From Gemmatimonadota bacterium (GTDB taxonomy: Bacteria; Gemmatimonadota; Gemmatimonadetes; Palauibacterales; KS3-K002), in the NCBI GenBank assembly GCA_039586495.1, contig JBDHKG010000001.1, forward strand, positions 19,355-83,354: 64,000 nucleotides of DNA, given 5' to 3'. Below the pieces are notes generated by a model. The model was not told the origin of the DNA. It searched no databases and worked only from the letters and a program-made list of their open reading frames with translations. Positions 39,163-48,503 of this stretch are shown in pieces. The position numbers were made by a program, and so were the translations under genes. Every line of letters starts with the position of its first letter. Positions within the stretch are counted from its first letter, which is position 1.

Positions 39163-40112
39163 TGGAACGAGCAGGCCATGAACCGACGACAGCGCCGAGC
39201 GCCGTGAAGGGCTCGCTCCTGCTGGCGGCCCGAGTCGTAGCCCTGGGGCTCGTCGTGTTCGTCTGCTTGCGTCTCTGTGCCGCCGTCGCCGACACGCTGT
39301 TCCCTCTCAGGCAGCCGGATATCAGTGCAACGCCGCTCGATCAAGAAGGGAGCGCGCCATGGTGGCTACTCGTCTCCTTGCTCTACGCGGTCGTCCTGGG
39401 CTTTCCCATCCTGCGCTCCCGCTGGAGCGGCTGGCGCCTTGTGGTGGCGATCTTTGTGGTCTTCTACGGGATCACGTCGATCCTGGTGTGGATCGAGGTG
39501 GCGGTCTTCATGGCGCACGTGGTGCCCAAGGGCCTGGTCACGAGGACCCTCGTTCTCGACGCCGTCAGCGCCGCCATGATCGCGCCGCTTGCGGCGTCGC
39601 TGTTCGGCATGTTGCGGGCCGTGCCGGGACCGGATGAAGAGAATCGCAGGCTGGTGATGCCGGTGCGGCAGTGGGCCTGGAGGCTGCCGGTCATCGCCGT
39701 GGGCTACGTATTCCTGTATGTGCTGTTTGGCGCCCTCGTCGCCTGGCGCGCTCCCGCCGTGCGCGAGTACTACGCCGATCTGGCGATGCCCGCGCTGGGC
39801 ACCGTGATGCTGCTGCAGGTGGCGCGAGCGCTGATCTGGGTGGCCATCGCGCTGCCGGTGATCCGGATGATGAAGGGGCCGTGGTGGGAGACAGCTCTGG
39901 CCGTCGGTCTCCTGTTCGCCGTCTTGATGAACATCGGGCTTCTGGTCCCGAACCCGCTCATGCCGGAGGCCGTGCGGATGACGCATCTGGTCGAGACGGC
40001 TACATCGAACTTCATCTTCGGGTTCTTCTTGGCTTGGCTGCTGCTTCGGCCGTGGGCTCGGGAAAGGGCGCTCGCCCACGCGAGATATCCGGCCAGCGTG
40101 GCGGCGGGCTGA
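39159..40112 (+). CDS. polytopic membrane protein co-transcribed with PadR
   Basis: ATGA overlap with the padR stop. ~8 hydrophobic helices. No recognisable family. Confidence 0.5.
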   Translation: MMERAGHEPTTAPSAVKGSLLLAARVVALGLVVFVCLRLCAAVADTLFPLRQPDISATPLDQEGSAPWWLLVSLLYAVVLGFPILRSRWSGWRLVVAIFVVFYGITSILVWIEVAVFMAHVVPKGLVTRTLVLDAVSAAMIAPLAASLFGMLRAVPGPDEENRRLVMPVRQWAWRLPVIAVGYVFLYVLFGALVAWRAPAVREYYADLAMPALGTVMLLQVARALIWVAIALPVIRMMKGPWWETALAVGLLFAVLMNIGLLVPNPLMPEAVRMTHLVETATSNFIFGFFLAWLLLRPWARERALAHARYPASVAAG

Positions 40113-40342
40113 GTATCTCGGGCGGCCGCCCACCCACCAGGCGCTTGGCGACCGCCCCGATCCCGCCGCCAGTTTTCCCGCTGGACCGATCATCCGGAAG
40201 CAGCAGCGGGCCCCGCGCCGCCGACTGGCTCCACAACCCTAGGTGGCCGATCGGCACCGTGCTATATTTACGTGCTCCATCTGGCGGCCGGGAACCCAGG
40301 ATCCCGGCCGTCTAACCATCAACGGGAAAGAGGCAGCGGGAA

Positions 40343-41017
40343 ATGAAGCGTGTAACGTCGATCTTCACGGTGCTGGCGCTGGTGGCCCTATTGGCGGGAT
40401 CCTACGGGTGTGCCACCCGGGCGCAGACGGGTGCCGTCGTCGGCGCCGGCGCCGGCGCGGTCGTGGGCGGCGTCATCGGTCATGCCGCCGGCAACACCGC
40501 GGTCGGCGCGATCATCGGCGCGACCGTGGGAGGCGTGGCCGGCGCGATTATCGGCAACTACATGGATGAGCAAGCCGAGGAGATGGAGCGCGACCTGGAG
40601 GGCGCGCGGATCGAGCGGGTCGGTGAAGGGATCAAGATCACCTTCCAGTCGGGGCTGCTCTTCGACGTGAATAGGGCGGACCTGCACCTTGTAGCGAAGG
40701 AGAACCTCGACAAGCTGGCCAGGATCCTGAACAAGTACGAGGACACGAACGTCCTCATCGAGGGACACACCGACGCGACGGGCCCGGAGGACTACAACAT
40801 GGACCTCTCCTGGCAGCGGGCCCAGTCGGTCTCTCACCACCTGGCGACCCTGAACGTCTCGCCCTCCCGGTTCAGCGTGATCGGCTACGGCGAGACGCAG
40901 CCGGTCGCCACGAACGACACGCCTGAGGGCCGGCAGCTCAACCGGCGGGTGGAGCTGGCGATCATCGCCAACGAGAAGCTGAAGAAGGCGGCGATGGAGC
41001 AGGCGAAGGAGGGCTGA
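40343..41017 (+). CDS. OmpA-family lipoprotein with glycine-zipper N-domain
   Basis: Lipobox LLAGSYGC. Gly-zipper GAVVGAGAGAVVGGVIG. The C-terminal OmpA peptidoglycan-binding motif is NVLIEGHTDATGPEDYNMDLSWQRAQSV...NRRVEL. Confidence 0.8.
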   Translation: MKRVTSIFTVLALVALLAGSYGCATRAQTGAVVGAGAGAVVGGVIGHAAGNTAVGAIIGATVGGVAGAIIGNYMDEQAEEMERDLEGARIERVGEGIKITFQSGLLFDVNRADLHLVAKENLDKLARILNKYEDTNVLIEGHTDATGPEDYNMDLSWQRAQSVSHHLATLNVSPSRFSVIGYGETQPVATNDTPEGRQLNRRVELAIIANEKLKKAAMEQAKEG

Positions 41018-41043
41018 GCACTCAGCTGGGTATCGCGGGACCG

Positions 41044-41310
41044 ATGAGCGATAATCGCGGGCGGGAGCTGACCCTTTGGGAGATCGTTCTCACCCTCGAG
41101 TTCATCGCCCTGCTCATCGGTCTCGCCATGCCCGTCACCCCAAGCAAGACAGGCGGCGACTTCAGCCTGGCCGACTGGTTCTTTGACGATCCCAGCTACC
41201 TCCAGGAAGTCCTCGTCTATTTTCTACTCACGAACCTGGTCCTTGGGCTGCTCGCTCTGACTGCCTTCGCTTACACCTACCTGGCGCGCCGTCGCCAGAA
41301 CGGGCGCTGA
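41044..41310 (+). CDS. hypothetical small membrane protein
   Basis: Two hydrophobic helices. 88 aa. No family recognised. Confidence 0.3.
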   Translation: MSDNRGRELTLWEIVLTLEFIALLIGLAMPVTPSKTGGDFSLADWFFDDPSYLQEVLVYFLLTNLVLGLLALTAFAYTYLARRRQNGR

Positions 41311-41348
41311 GCCGAAGGTCAGGCTGAACGGAACAGTGGAGTTCCTTC

Positions 41349-42392
41349 CTAACGAGCCTCAGCGCATATGAGGCTCACTCCCGATCGGCGAAGATCGACC
41401 CGCCTGATTCCGCTCAGACCGCACGAAGCAAGCCAATCGGCGATCTCATCATAGGGGTAGGTCTGTCCGCCGACGGTATGGAAGAAGAGCAGGCTATACA
41501 TGCGGGCTATCAACTCGGCCGACCTCAGTGCCTTCTTCTCGCGGAGGACGTCCATGATGATGATAGACCCGCCGTCCAATAGAGAATCTGAGATCTTGCT
41601 GATGAGCTTCCTGTTCTCGGAGTCGGTGTGCTCATGGACGACGTTGAATAGCATCACGGCGTCGTACCTGGAGTCGAAATCATCGCTGAAGTAATCACCA
41701 GCCATGAACTGTATCCTGCCCTCCATTTGGGCCGCTCTGGTGTTCTGTTCCGCTATTTCTCTTGCGTACGGCGAATCGAAGATGGTGACGGATATCGAAT
41801 CGTACTTCAGGCAGAGCGCGATGCTGTACAGCCCGTGGCCGCCTCCAACGTCGAGCACTGTTCGGCAGCTCTGCTTGAGCTGTATGCGTCGTGCGAACTC
41901 GGGAATCGCCAGCCTGGCAAGAGACATCATGAACCTCTGGTACATCCGTGATGTGTCTGGCTGACCGCTGATCCAGTCGTAGAAATTTCTATAGGGTGTT
42001 CCGCTCCTGACCGATTCGTGTACAAAAGGCAGCAGATCGGTCATCGCCTGGCTGTAATAAGAGAACCCGGAACATAGGGATATCAGTGGTTCGCGAGTCA
42101 TCCATTTCTCGGTCATCGCGCTGTTTGCGTAACGGTGTCCTCTCCTCCGCACGTAGCCGAGTGACTCGAGCACTTCTACGAGGTTAGCGATGCCTCTCTC
42201 GCTACAGTGCGTGGCAGCGGCCAACTCTGCTATCGTGAGTGGCTGATTGCGTAGCTCTTCAAAGAGATTCAGCCGCAGCGCCGCAGCGATCGCATGGAAG
42301 GAAAAGCCTCCAACTATGTCCAACAGCGGCGCTGGCCCCTGGTTCAGCGAGACCATGAGCAGACGTTCGAGGGGGTTCAGCAGGATAGGCAT
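41349..42392 (-). CDS. class I SAM-dependent O-methyltransferase (Methyltransf_2 type with N-terminal dimerisation domain)
   Basis: SAM motif VLDVGGGHGLYSIAL, then ...MLFNVVHEH...GGSIIIMD. Gene GC is ~50-55%, against ~70% in the flanks (counted on several 60-nt lines). Confidence 0.7.
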   Translation of the reverse strand: MPILLNPLERLLMVSLNQGPAPLLDIVGGFSFHAIAAALRLNLFEELRNQPLTIAELAAATHCSERGIANLVEVLESLGYVRRRGHRYANSAMTEKWMTREPLISLCSGFSYYSQAMTDLLPFVHESVRSGTPYRNFYDWISGQPDTSRMYQRFMMSLARLAIPEFARRIQLKQSCRTVLDVGGGHGLYSIALCLKYDSISVTIFDSPYAREIAEQNTRAAQMEGRIQFMAGDYFSDDFDSRYDAVMLFNVVHEHTDSENRKLISKISDSLLDGGSIIIMDVLREKKALRSAELIARMYSLLFFHTVGGQTYPYDEIADWLASCGLSGIRRVDLRRSGVSLICAEAR

Positions 42393-42700
42393 GCGCTTCT
42401 CCTAGCGAGAATGGCGTTTATGTCGCCGAGAGGGAATGTCTGGCGCTTCTGCGCCGAGGCTGCGGGCGCCGTCGACCGACCATCTATCTGCGCGTTACCG
42501 GGCAGCTACGCAAGCCGGCCAGGTTGGTGAGATGAAGCAAGAGCAGACGTAGCTACACGAACTGCTGCAGCCGGCGACATTCCGGCTATATTAGTGTCGC
42601 AGTTCAGAGGCGTGCTCGCCGATGAGGAATCGCTGGCGCGCCACCGGAGCCCACAGGCTTCCGGGTAACGCGCAGCCGTTATGGGGAAGGGACTTCAGGA

Positions 42701-43153
42701 ATGGCCGACAAGGCGAAGGGGAAGCAGCGTAAGGTGACGGTTAGCTGTCAGTTCTGTCTGACTCTCAACAAAGTGGATATCGGTCGCGCGAACCATAGCC
42801 CCAAGTGCGGGAGCTGCGGCAAGCCGATTCTGTTGGATCGCCCGGTCAGGGTCACGGATGACGACTTCCAGCAGGTAATCAAGGGTGCCGAGGTCCCTGT
42901 TATGGTCGACTTCTACGCCGATTGGTGTGGCCCGTGTAAGGTGATGGCACCGGTACTGGACGAGTTCGCCCACGCCCACATTGGCGAGGTGCTGGTGGCC
43001 AAGCTGAACACGGACATGAACCCTCGGGTCGCCCAGCAGTACGGTATTCGGGGCATCCCTACGATGATCGTTTTCAAGAACGGGGAGGAGGCGACGCGGC
43101 AGACGGGGGCAGTGCCGCGGGAGGACTTGGAGAAGCTGCTGGCCTCGGCGTAA
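42701..43153 (+). CDS. trxC: thioredoxin with N-terminal zinc-finger (TrxC/Trx2-type)
   Basis: N-terminal CQFC...CGSC zinc ribbon, then a canonical WCGPC active site and thioredoxin fold (GIRGIPTMIVFKNG). Confidence 0.85.
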   Translation: MADKAKGKQRKVTVSCQFCLTLNKVDIGRANHSPKCGSCGKPILLDRPVRVTDDDFQQVIKGAEVPVMVDFYADWCGPCKVMAPVLDEFAHAHIGEVLVAKLNTDMNPRVAQQYGIRGIPTMIVFKNGEEATRQTGAVPREDLEKLLASA

Positions 43154-43183
43154 CCTTCGCCGCGGGAACACGCGACGTCACAG

Positions 43184-43216
43184 CCGAGCTGAACCGATCA
43201 GGGGTTCGGCTCGGCT
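43184..43216 (+). terminator. putative intrinsic terminator after trxC
   Basis: 13-bp stem gccgagctgaacc / ggttcggctcggc (one G-U wobble) with a 7-nt loop, followed by tcatcatctc. It begins 30 nt after the trxC stop. Confidence 0.35.
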
Positions 43217-43236
43217 CATCATCTCGGAGAACCGCC

Positions 43237-44355
43237 ATGCAAATGGACCGACGCCAGTTCGTGCGAGCCATGATGACGGGCGGCACGGCACTCGCCGCGG
43301 CGCCGCTGCTCGAGAGCTGCTGTGGGGCGGGTGTAGCCGGCGAGGAGGTTCGCGATCCGCCGGCCGATCTACTACCGGGGCTGGATCGCTATCGCACCGA
43401 AATCCTCTTCTTCGCTTCCCTGGCGCCGAGCGGCCACAACGTTCAGCCCTGGTTCGTCCGTATCGAGGATGCGGATCGCTGGGTCGTCGGCGCGGATGCG
43501 AGCCGCCGGCTGCCTGCCGTCGATCCGCAGAACCGCGAACTGATGCTCTCGATCGGCGCTTTCACCGAGAACTTGGCGCTGGCGGCGTCCGCATCAGGCT
43601 ATGAGGCCCAGATCGAGCTGCTGGCGGGCAGCACGTTCGATGCTGACCTGCTGCAGGTCCGCTTACAGGTCGCCGAGCCAAGGGACTACCCGCTGCATCG
43701 GCTGAGCAGCAGGCGAACGCTGCGCGGCGGCTACTCCAACGCCGAGTTGAGGAGGGACGACGTTAGCGCGCTGTCCGAGTCGCTGGCTGATCGCGCTCTG
43801 TTCATTCCGCCGTCCTCGCCGCAAGCGGCCTACTTGAGGGAAGCCGCTGTCGAGTCGTTCCGTGCCCAGACCTGGCGGGACGCTGCGCAGGCCGAGCTTG
43901 CGGAATGGATTCGCTTCGACGACGCCGCCGTGTTCGCGCACCGCGATGGCCTGACGCTGGCGAGCATGGAGATCTCGGGGATCGCCGCGTGCTTCGTCCG
44001 CGTGTTCGCGGATGATGTGATGTCGAGGAACTTCCGCGAGCAAGGGATCAAGAAGACCGCCAGGTTGGCGGGGCAGGGCGGTGGCTGGTTCGTCGTCAGC
44101 AGCCGGGACGACAGCGTTGCGGAGCTCATCGAGACGGGCCGGCGCTGGCAGCGGATGAACCTGCTGCTGCGCGAGTGTGGCATCGCGGCACAGCCGATGT
44201 CGCAGATGCTGGAGGAGGAGCCATGGCGCGGCGAGCTGGCCGGCCAGCTGGAGCTGACGGGCGTGCCGCAGTTCGTCCTGCGGGTTGGCTACGTCGACGA
44301 TTACCCGGACCCTGTGAGCCCGCGCCGTCCTGTGAGCTGGTTCGTGAGGCGCTAG
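43237..44355 (+). CDS. Tat-signal nitroreductase-family protein (two-domain, Acg-like)
   Basis: Twin-arginine signal MQMDRRQFVRAMMTGGTALAAAPL. The nitroreductase signature is LAPSGHNVQPW. 372 aa, so two nitroreductase-like halves. Confidence 0.5.
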   Translation: MQMDRRQFVRAMMTGGTALAAAPLLESCCGAGVAGEEVRDPPADLLPGLDRYRTEILFFASLAPSGHNVQPWFVRIEDADRWVVGADASRRLPAVDPQNRELMLSIGAFTENLALAASASGYEAQIELLAGSTFDADLLQVRLQVAEPRDYPLHRLSSRRTLRGGYSNAELRRDDVSALSESLADRALFIPPSSPQAAYLREAAVESFRAQTWRDAAQAELAEWIRFDDAAVFAHRDGLTLASMEISGIAACFVRVFADDVMSRNFREQGIKKTARLAGQGGGWFVVSSRDDSVAELIETGRRWQRMNLLLRECGIAAQPMSQMLEEEPWRGELAGQLELTGVPQFVLRVGYVDDYPDPVSPRRPVSWFVRR

Positions 44356-45131
44356 GCGCCGGGGAGCTCGCGTGCGGGCCCTCCGGGCTCCAAAGCCTGG
44401 CCCGAGGTGGCGCCTTCGACGTACTCGGTGAGCCGGTCAAGCAATTCGCGCAGCACGCGCTGTCGGCGCCAGGCCAGGGACCCGAAGATCGAGCGGGCGA
44501 GCAGATACGAGCCGGTGATGACGGCGAGTGGGAAAACGGTTGCGAAGGCTGCCGAGCCCAGAGCGCCGATCCCCACACCCAGACCCACGCCCAGCCCGAC
44601 GCCGCCGCCGACGCCACCCATGATGCCGCCGAACAGGCCGCCGGCGATCCCGTGCAAGCGCTCCTCGATCCGGATGCGCGTGCGCCCCTCACGTGTGCTG
44701 ACAGTCACCTGAAGGGAGCGCTCACCCTCCGGTGTGGCGGAGCGCCAGGTGAGGGTATGGCCGAGCAGGCTGGCCTGACCGTGCGCGTCAGCCACCTCCT
44801 GGATCTGCGCCGCCAGGCTCTCGAACTCCGATTCGGGCAGCTCACCGGGAAGGGACCGCTGAAGCTCGATGGTGACGGGGCCGCCCAGCCAGCGTTCCAC
44901 GCCTTCACGGTGGAAGCGTGCCGCGCCTGCGTCGAGCTCTGCTGCGGCGCGCTGCAGGTGGCGGGCATCGATCCCGGCTTCGACGGCGATCTCCTCCAGT
45001 TCGGCGAGCGTGAGGCCACCGCCCTCTACGGCTGACGCCGGCTCCTGGCGCTGGAGCTCGGCAGCGCGCTTCAGGATGAGGCCGACCTCTTTGTCGCCGT
45101 AGCGGCGGCGATATTCCCGCTCATCGGGCAT
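44352..45131 (-). CDS. hypothetical membrane protein with GxxxG-rich helix
   Basis: Charged helical N-terminal domain. GGLFGGIMGGVGGGVGLGVGLGVGIGALG is a glycine-zipper TM region. Start overlaps the nitroreductase stop by 4 nt on the opposite strand. Confidence 0.4.
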   Translation of the reverse strand: MPDEREYRRRYGDKEVGLILKRAAELQRQEPASAVEGGGLTLAELEEIAVEAGIDARHLQRAAAELDAGAARFHREGVERWLGGPVTIELQRSLPGELPESEFESLAAQIQEVADAHGQASLLGHTLTWRSATPEGERSLQVTVSTREGRTRIRIEERLHGIAGGLFGGIMGGVGGGVGLGVGLGVGIGALGSAAFATVFPLAVITGSYLLARSIFGSLAWRRQRVLRELLDRLTEYVEGATSGQALEPGGPARELPGA

Positions 45132-45202
45132 GGCGTCAAGAATCTACTGGCGGGCACACGGCCCTACAAGCGAGGCGCACGGCCTTGTGGACTGGACTTG
45201 GG

Positions 45203-45763
45203 CTATCGCGTTCCCGGGCCGAGCTGGCGGACGAGCACGACGTCGCTCGCCTGCTGGGTCGTCTCGCCGAAGACGGGGACGGCCCGAGCCACGATGCGGC
45301 GGCCCCGGTCCTCGATGCGGATGATCACGTCCCGGCGGCGCCCGTCCGGCACGGTGACGACCACGGCACCCAGCGTATCGTTCACCAGGCCGCCCTCGAA
45401 CTCGGCGATCGTCGACCCCGGTTGCGCGTCGATCTGCCGCAGCAGGTTCGCCGGCGCGTCGCTGTCGGCATGCAGGGAGCCGCGCACATCTCTGCCGGAC
45501 TGGGTCACGTCGACCCGCACGTGCTGCATGGCCTGGATCATCGGCTCGAACGAGGCGGGCCGCTGGGGAAGCCTGAAGCGTCCCATATGCATCTCACCCT
45601 CAGCGGTGAGGCGGACGCGGCGCTCGTTTTGAGTCCACTCGATCCGCAGGGCCCGCCAGCGCCCGGAGAGGTCCGGCGGCCGCCGTGACCGACCGACCTG
45701 GCAGGCGAGTTCGGAGAGCGCCAGGGCGAGGGCGGTGACCGCGACGAGGGCTCTTGCGTTCAT
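45203..45763 (-). CDS. hypothetical secreted protein
   Basis: Signal peptide MNARALVAVTALALALSELA. No recognisable domain. Confidence 0.35.
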   Translation of the reverse strand: MNARALVAVTALALALSELACQVGRSRRPPDLSGRWRALRIEWTQNERRVRLTAEGEMHMGRFRLPQRPASFEPMIQAMQHVRVDVTQSGRDVRGSLHADSDAPANLLRQIDAQPGSTIAEFEGGLVNDTLGAVVVTVPDGRRRDVIIRIEDRGRRIVARAVPVFGETTQQASDVVLVRQLGPGTR

Positions 45764-45993
45764 CGGCAAGGAGAAGCTAGGTCTTCACGCCGGTCGGCGC
45801 GAGGCTGCGGCGCGGAGCCAGGCCGCAAACGACGCGCGCTTTCGTTGAGACGGGGTCAGGGAGGGGCAGCCGAAGGGCCGTGGAACGTCACTCTCAATAC
45901 AGGAGGGAACTGATGAGAACCGGGTTCGTGCTCGGATCGCTGCTTTGCCTGGGGTCGCAGCGAGGTGAGGATCCGGCGACCGAGGCGGGTAGC

Positions 45994-46932
45994 TCAGTCG
46001 CCTCGTGAGGGTGGAAGCGGGCTCATCAGGTCCACGACGACCCGCCAGCTCCCACCGCCGTCGCCGTAACGTCGCCAGGCACGCACGTAGTTGCCCAGCT
46101 CGTCGGGCGTCCCTGAGCCGCGGGCGGTGAACTCGTACTCCCCGTAGGTATACCCCAAGTCGCCAGCGCGGGACACGTCGCCGCCCAAGACCGTCCAGCG
46201 GAGCTGGCCCGGCTGCTCGGAGACCAGATCCCGCAGCCCCTGGATCCCGCTCAGGGGCTGCCGGCCGTCGCGCAGGACCCGGACCTGCGGGGCCACGTAG
46301 GCGGTGAGCACTCGCATCATACCTTGGGCCGCTGCGGTGCCGGCAAAGGCCCGGTCCACCTGCAACAGCGCCTCCCGCTCCGCCGCCATGTCCACGTCCC
46401 GCTCCGGTCGATGCCGTTCCCCGGCCTGGCGCGACGGTGTGCGGAGCGGCTCCCGCTCGGATGGCGGTGGGTTGAAGGTCCCGTGGTCGATCACCGCCCT
46501 CCAGCTCCCATCCGGCTGCCTCTTCCAGACGGTGAAGTAGTTGCCATGCCTCACGGCTTCGCCCGCCGGGTCCTCCCGGTACTCCCAGGGGCCGGTGGTG
46601 AAGCCCAAGTCGCCGGCTTGCGCAACTTCCGCAATCGCGGGCTCCCAGAACAGAAGGCCCTGCATGGCAACTTGGTTGCGCAACCATTGCGCAGCGTTGA
46701 CCGCCCGTGGCCGGAAGAGGATCGCGTCGTCCGCCATGTAGGCGAGGAAGGCGTCGCGCGTGCCCATCTCGGCGGCCGCCCGGGCAAACGCACGCTCCGA
46801 CTCGACCAGCGAGTTCAAGGCGACCTCGTCACTTGGAGTGTGGCCTCCGTTACAGGCAATCGCCGCCATCAGGAAGCCGGCGAGGGCGCCTGCGGTCAGC
46901 AGAGAGGCGGAACGGCGCGAGGTACGCGTCAC
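45994..46932 (-). CDS. lipoprotein with two tandem NTF2-like (SnoaL/DUF4440-like) domains
   Basis: Candidate GTG start at 46932 gives the signal SASLLTAGALAGFLMAAIAC. Two repeated ~130-aa units each end in ...GSWR(A/V)V(I/V)D. The start is uncertain. Confidence 0.4.
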   Translation of the reverse strand: MTRTSRRSASLLTAGALAGFLMAAIACNGGHTPSDEVALNSLVESERAFARAAAEMGTRDAFLAYMADDAILFRPRAVNAAQWLRNQVAMQGLLFWEPAIAEVAQAGDLGFTTGPWEYREDPAGEAVRHGNYFTVWKRQPDGSWRAVIDHGTFNPPPSEREPLRTPSRQAGERHRPERDVDMAAEREALLQVDRAFAGTAAAQGMMRVLTAYVAPQVRVLRDGRQPLSGIQGLRDLVSEQPGQLRWTVLGGDVSRAGDLGYTYGEYEFTARGSGTPDELGNYVRAWRRYGDGGGSWRVVVDLMSPLPPSRGD

Positions 46933-47358
46933 GCCGCTGAAGTTAAGCCACCTCGGACTGGCCGCCAGCGTCTCTCGGCGAACCGCCACAATGCCGAGGC
47001 CGGCCGGTATGGTCAGGGGACGAATCGAGGCCCAGCGGCGGCACCCCAGCCGAGGGGTCATTGCCCATTCGCAGCGGGCTCTCATATTATAGGCACTCAC
47101 ACACAACCGGGGTGCTGGAGGTTCGAAGGCGACCTGGGCCGTGCTGTTGGAAGTACGTTTGCAGAGGTCCTCGGCCATGGCCCTATGCCAAGCCCAACAT
47201 GCTCTCCGCGAGCTGGCCCGGACTACTAACCAGCCGCCGGGCCGACCTACGTGGTTACTCACTAGATCTCAGCTTCTCGTACGTGAACGTGCTCCACCCG
47301 TTAGCGTGGGGATCTTCGAGTTCTCACGTCACGGAGGGACAACGGAGGTGCCAGCAAC

Positions 47359-47658
47359 ATGATCGGCATGGATTTCGTCAGCTTTCTCGTCCTGCTGGTG
47401 ATCAGCGTGGTTGTCTCATTCATCCTGCACTATGTGCTGAAGTTCTACGTCGTGCCGGGTCTGGCGTCGTTCTTCGGCAAGGTCATCATCGGTTGGCTCG
47501 GTGCCTGGCTGGGCGGGCCGGTGTTCGGCTACTGGTTCTTCGAGGTTGGACAGGTCTATGTCATACCGGCGATACTCGGTAGCCTGGCGCTGCTGGTCAT
47601 CGCAGTCGATCTGGTCAACACTGTGAAGGGAGGCGGCGCGAGGCCGCCTGCGATGTGA
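47359..47658 (+). CDS. GlsB/YeaQ/YmgE-family stress-response membrane protein
   Basis: RBS GGAGGGACAACGGAGG. ~99 aa with GxxxG-rich hydrophobic helices (GWLGAWLGGPVFGYWF). Confidence 0.5.
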   Translation: MIGMDFVSFLVLLVISVVVSFILHYVLKFYVVPGLASFFGKVIIGWLGAWLGGPVFGYWFFEVGQVYVIPAILGSLALLVIAVDLVNTVKGGGARPPAM

Positions 47659-47693
47659 TACCCGAACTCGTGCCCGGCGGCTGGTGAAAAGGG

Positions 47694-47717
47694 AGGCGGC
47701 CCCATATGGGCCGCCTC
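47694..47717. terminator. bidirectional-type intrinsic terminator hairpin between convergent genes
   Basis: Perfect 10-bp stem GAGGCGGCCC / GGGCCGCCTC with loop ATAT. It is followed by a TTTT tract on the minus strand, which terminates doxX, and preceded by AAAA on the plus strand. Confidence 0.55.
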
Positions 47718-47783
47718 TCGTCATCAGTCGTCATGCCCGGCGATCCGGCGACCCGGCCCGCCGAGCCGGAGGGATGGGTTTTG

Positions 47784-48257
47784 CTACATCGCCGGGCTGG
47801 GACCCGCAGCGCGTCGCTCTGCCAGCCAGCGATCCACGGACAGCGCGCCGGCGCCGGCGAGGGCCAGGGCGAGGAAGCCGGCGATGTAGAGCACGTTGAT
47901 CTCGTAACCCGGCATGCCGAACGTCGGCCCCGCCTCGCTCATCCCTGTGATGTTCAAGAAGTTGAACCCCTGCGGCAGGTGCACGGTGAACATCGCCACC
48001 AGCATGTTGATGATCCCGAGGATCGAGATGACGGTGACGAAGGCGCCGGCAATCAGCAACAGGCCGCCGAAGAACTCCAAGATTCCCACGAGCCACGAGG
48101 CGAGCCCGGCGGCGGGAACGCCGTTGTTCTGGAGCATGCCCAGGAACATCGCGTGCCCCTGGCTCGAGAAGAGCTTGGGGAAACCGTGGTAGGCGAAACC
48201 GAACCCCAGCAAGATGCGCAGCGGTAGGCTCGCGTACTCACTCCAACTCTTTCCCAT
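47784..48257 (-). CDS. DoxX-family membrane protein
   Basis: LRILLGFGFAYHGFPKLF... has the four-TM DoxX pattern. 157 aa. Confidence 0.7.
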   Translation of the reverse strand: MGKSWSEYASLPLRILLGFGFAYHGFPKLFSSQGHAMFLGMLQNNGVPAAGLASWLVGILEFFGGLLLIAGAFVTVISILGIINMLVAMFTVHLPQGFNFLNITGMSEAGPTFGMPGYEINVLYIAGFLALALAGAGALSVDRWLAERRAAGPSPAM

Positions 48258-48503
48258 CTCTTTCCTCCTTGCGGTCGTGCTTCACATCCTACAGACGTCT
48301 ATTTTCAGGTTCCGATTATCTGGCGCAGGGGGGCCTCTCTCCCGGGCCCCCCATAGAACACGATTCGCACCCTGACGGGTTCCCGGCGGTGCAATCGGCT
48401 GTGCGGCTGTCCTTGATCTCGTGAGAGTAATGGTAAGTTAGGGTCGGGCGCGCGGACACGCGAGGGCGACGACGCCGGCCGGAGACCCGGGCGGAGGAAA
48501 CGG

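Noticed and set aside
45785-46687. 300-aa alternative-frame ORF over the NTF2-like lipoprotein gene
   Set aside because: It overlaps a frame that has a signal peptide and repeated-domain structure. Its translation is Ala/Gly/Arg-rich.
48330-48362. 8-bp GC hairpin GGGGGGCC...GGCCCCCC in the doxX / HDAC divergent region
   Set aside because: It sits upstream of both divergent gene starts and so is not a terminator. Short GC palindromes are frequent by chance at 70% GC.
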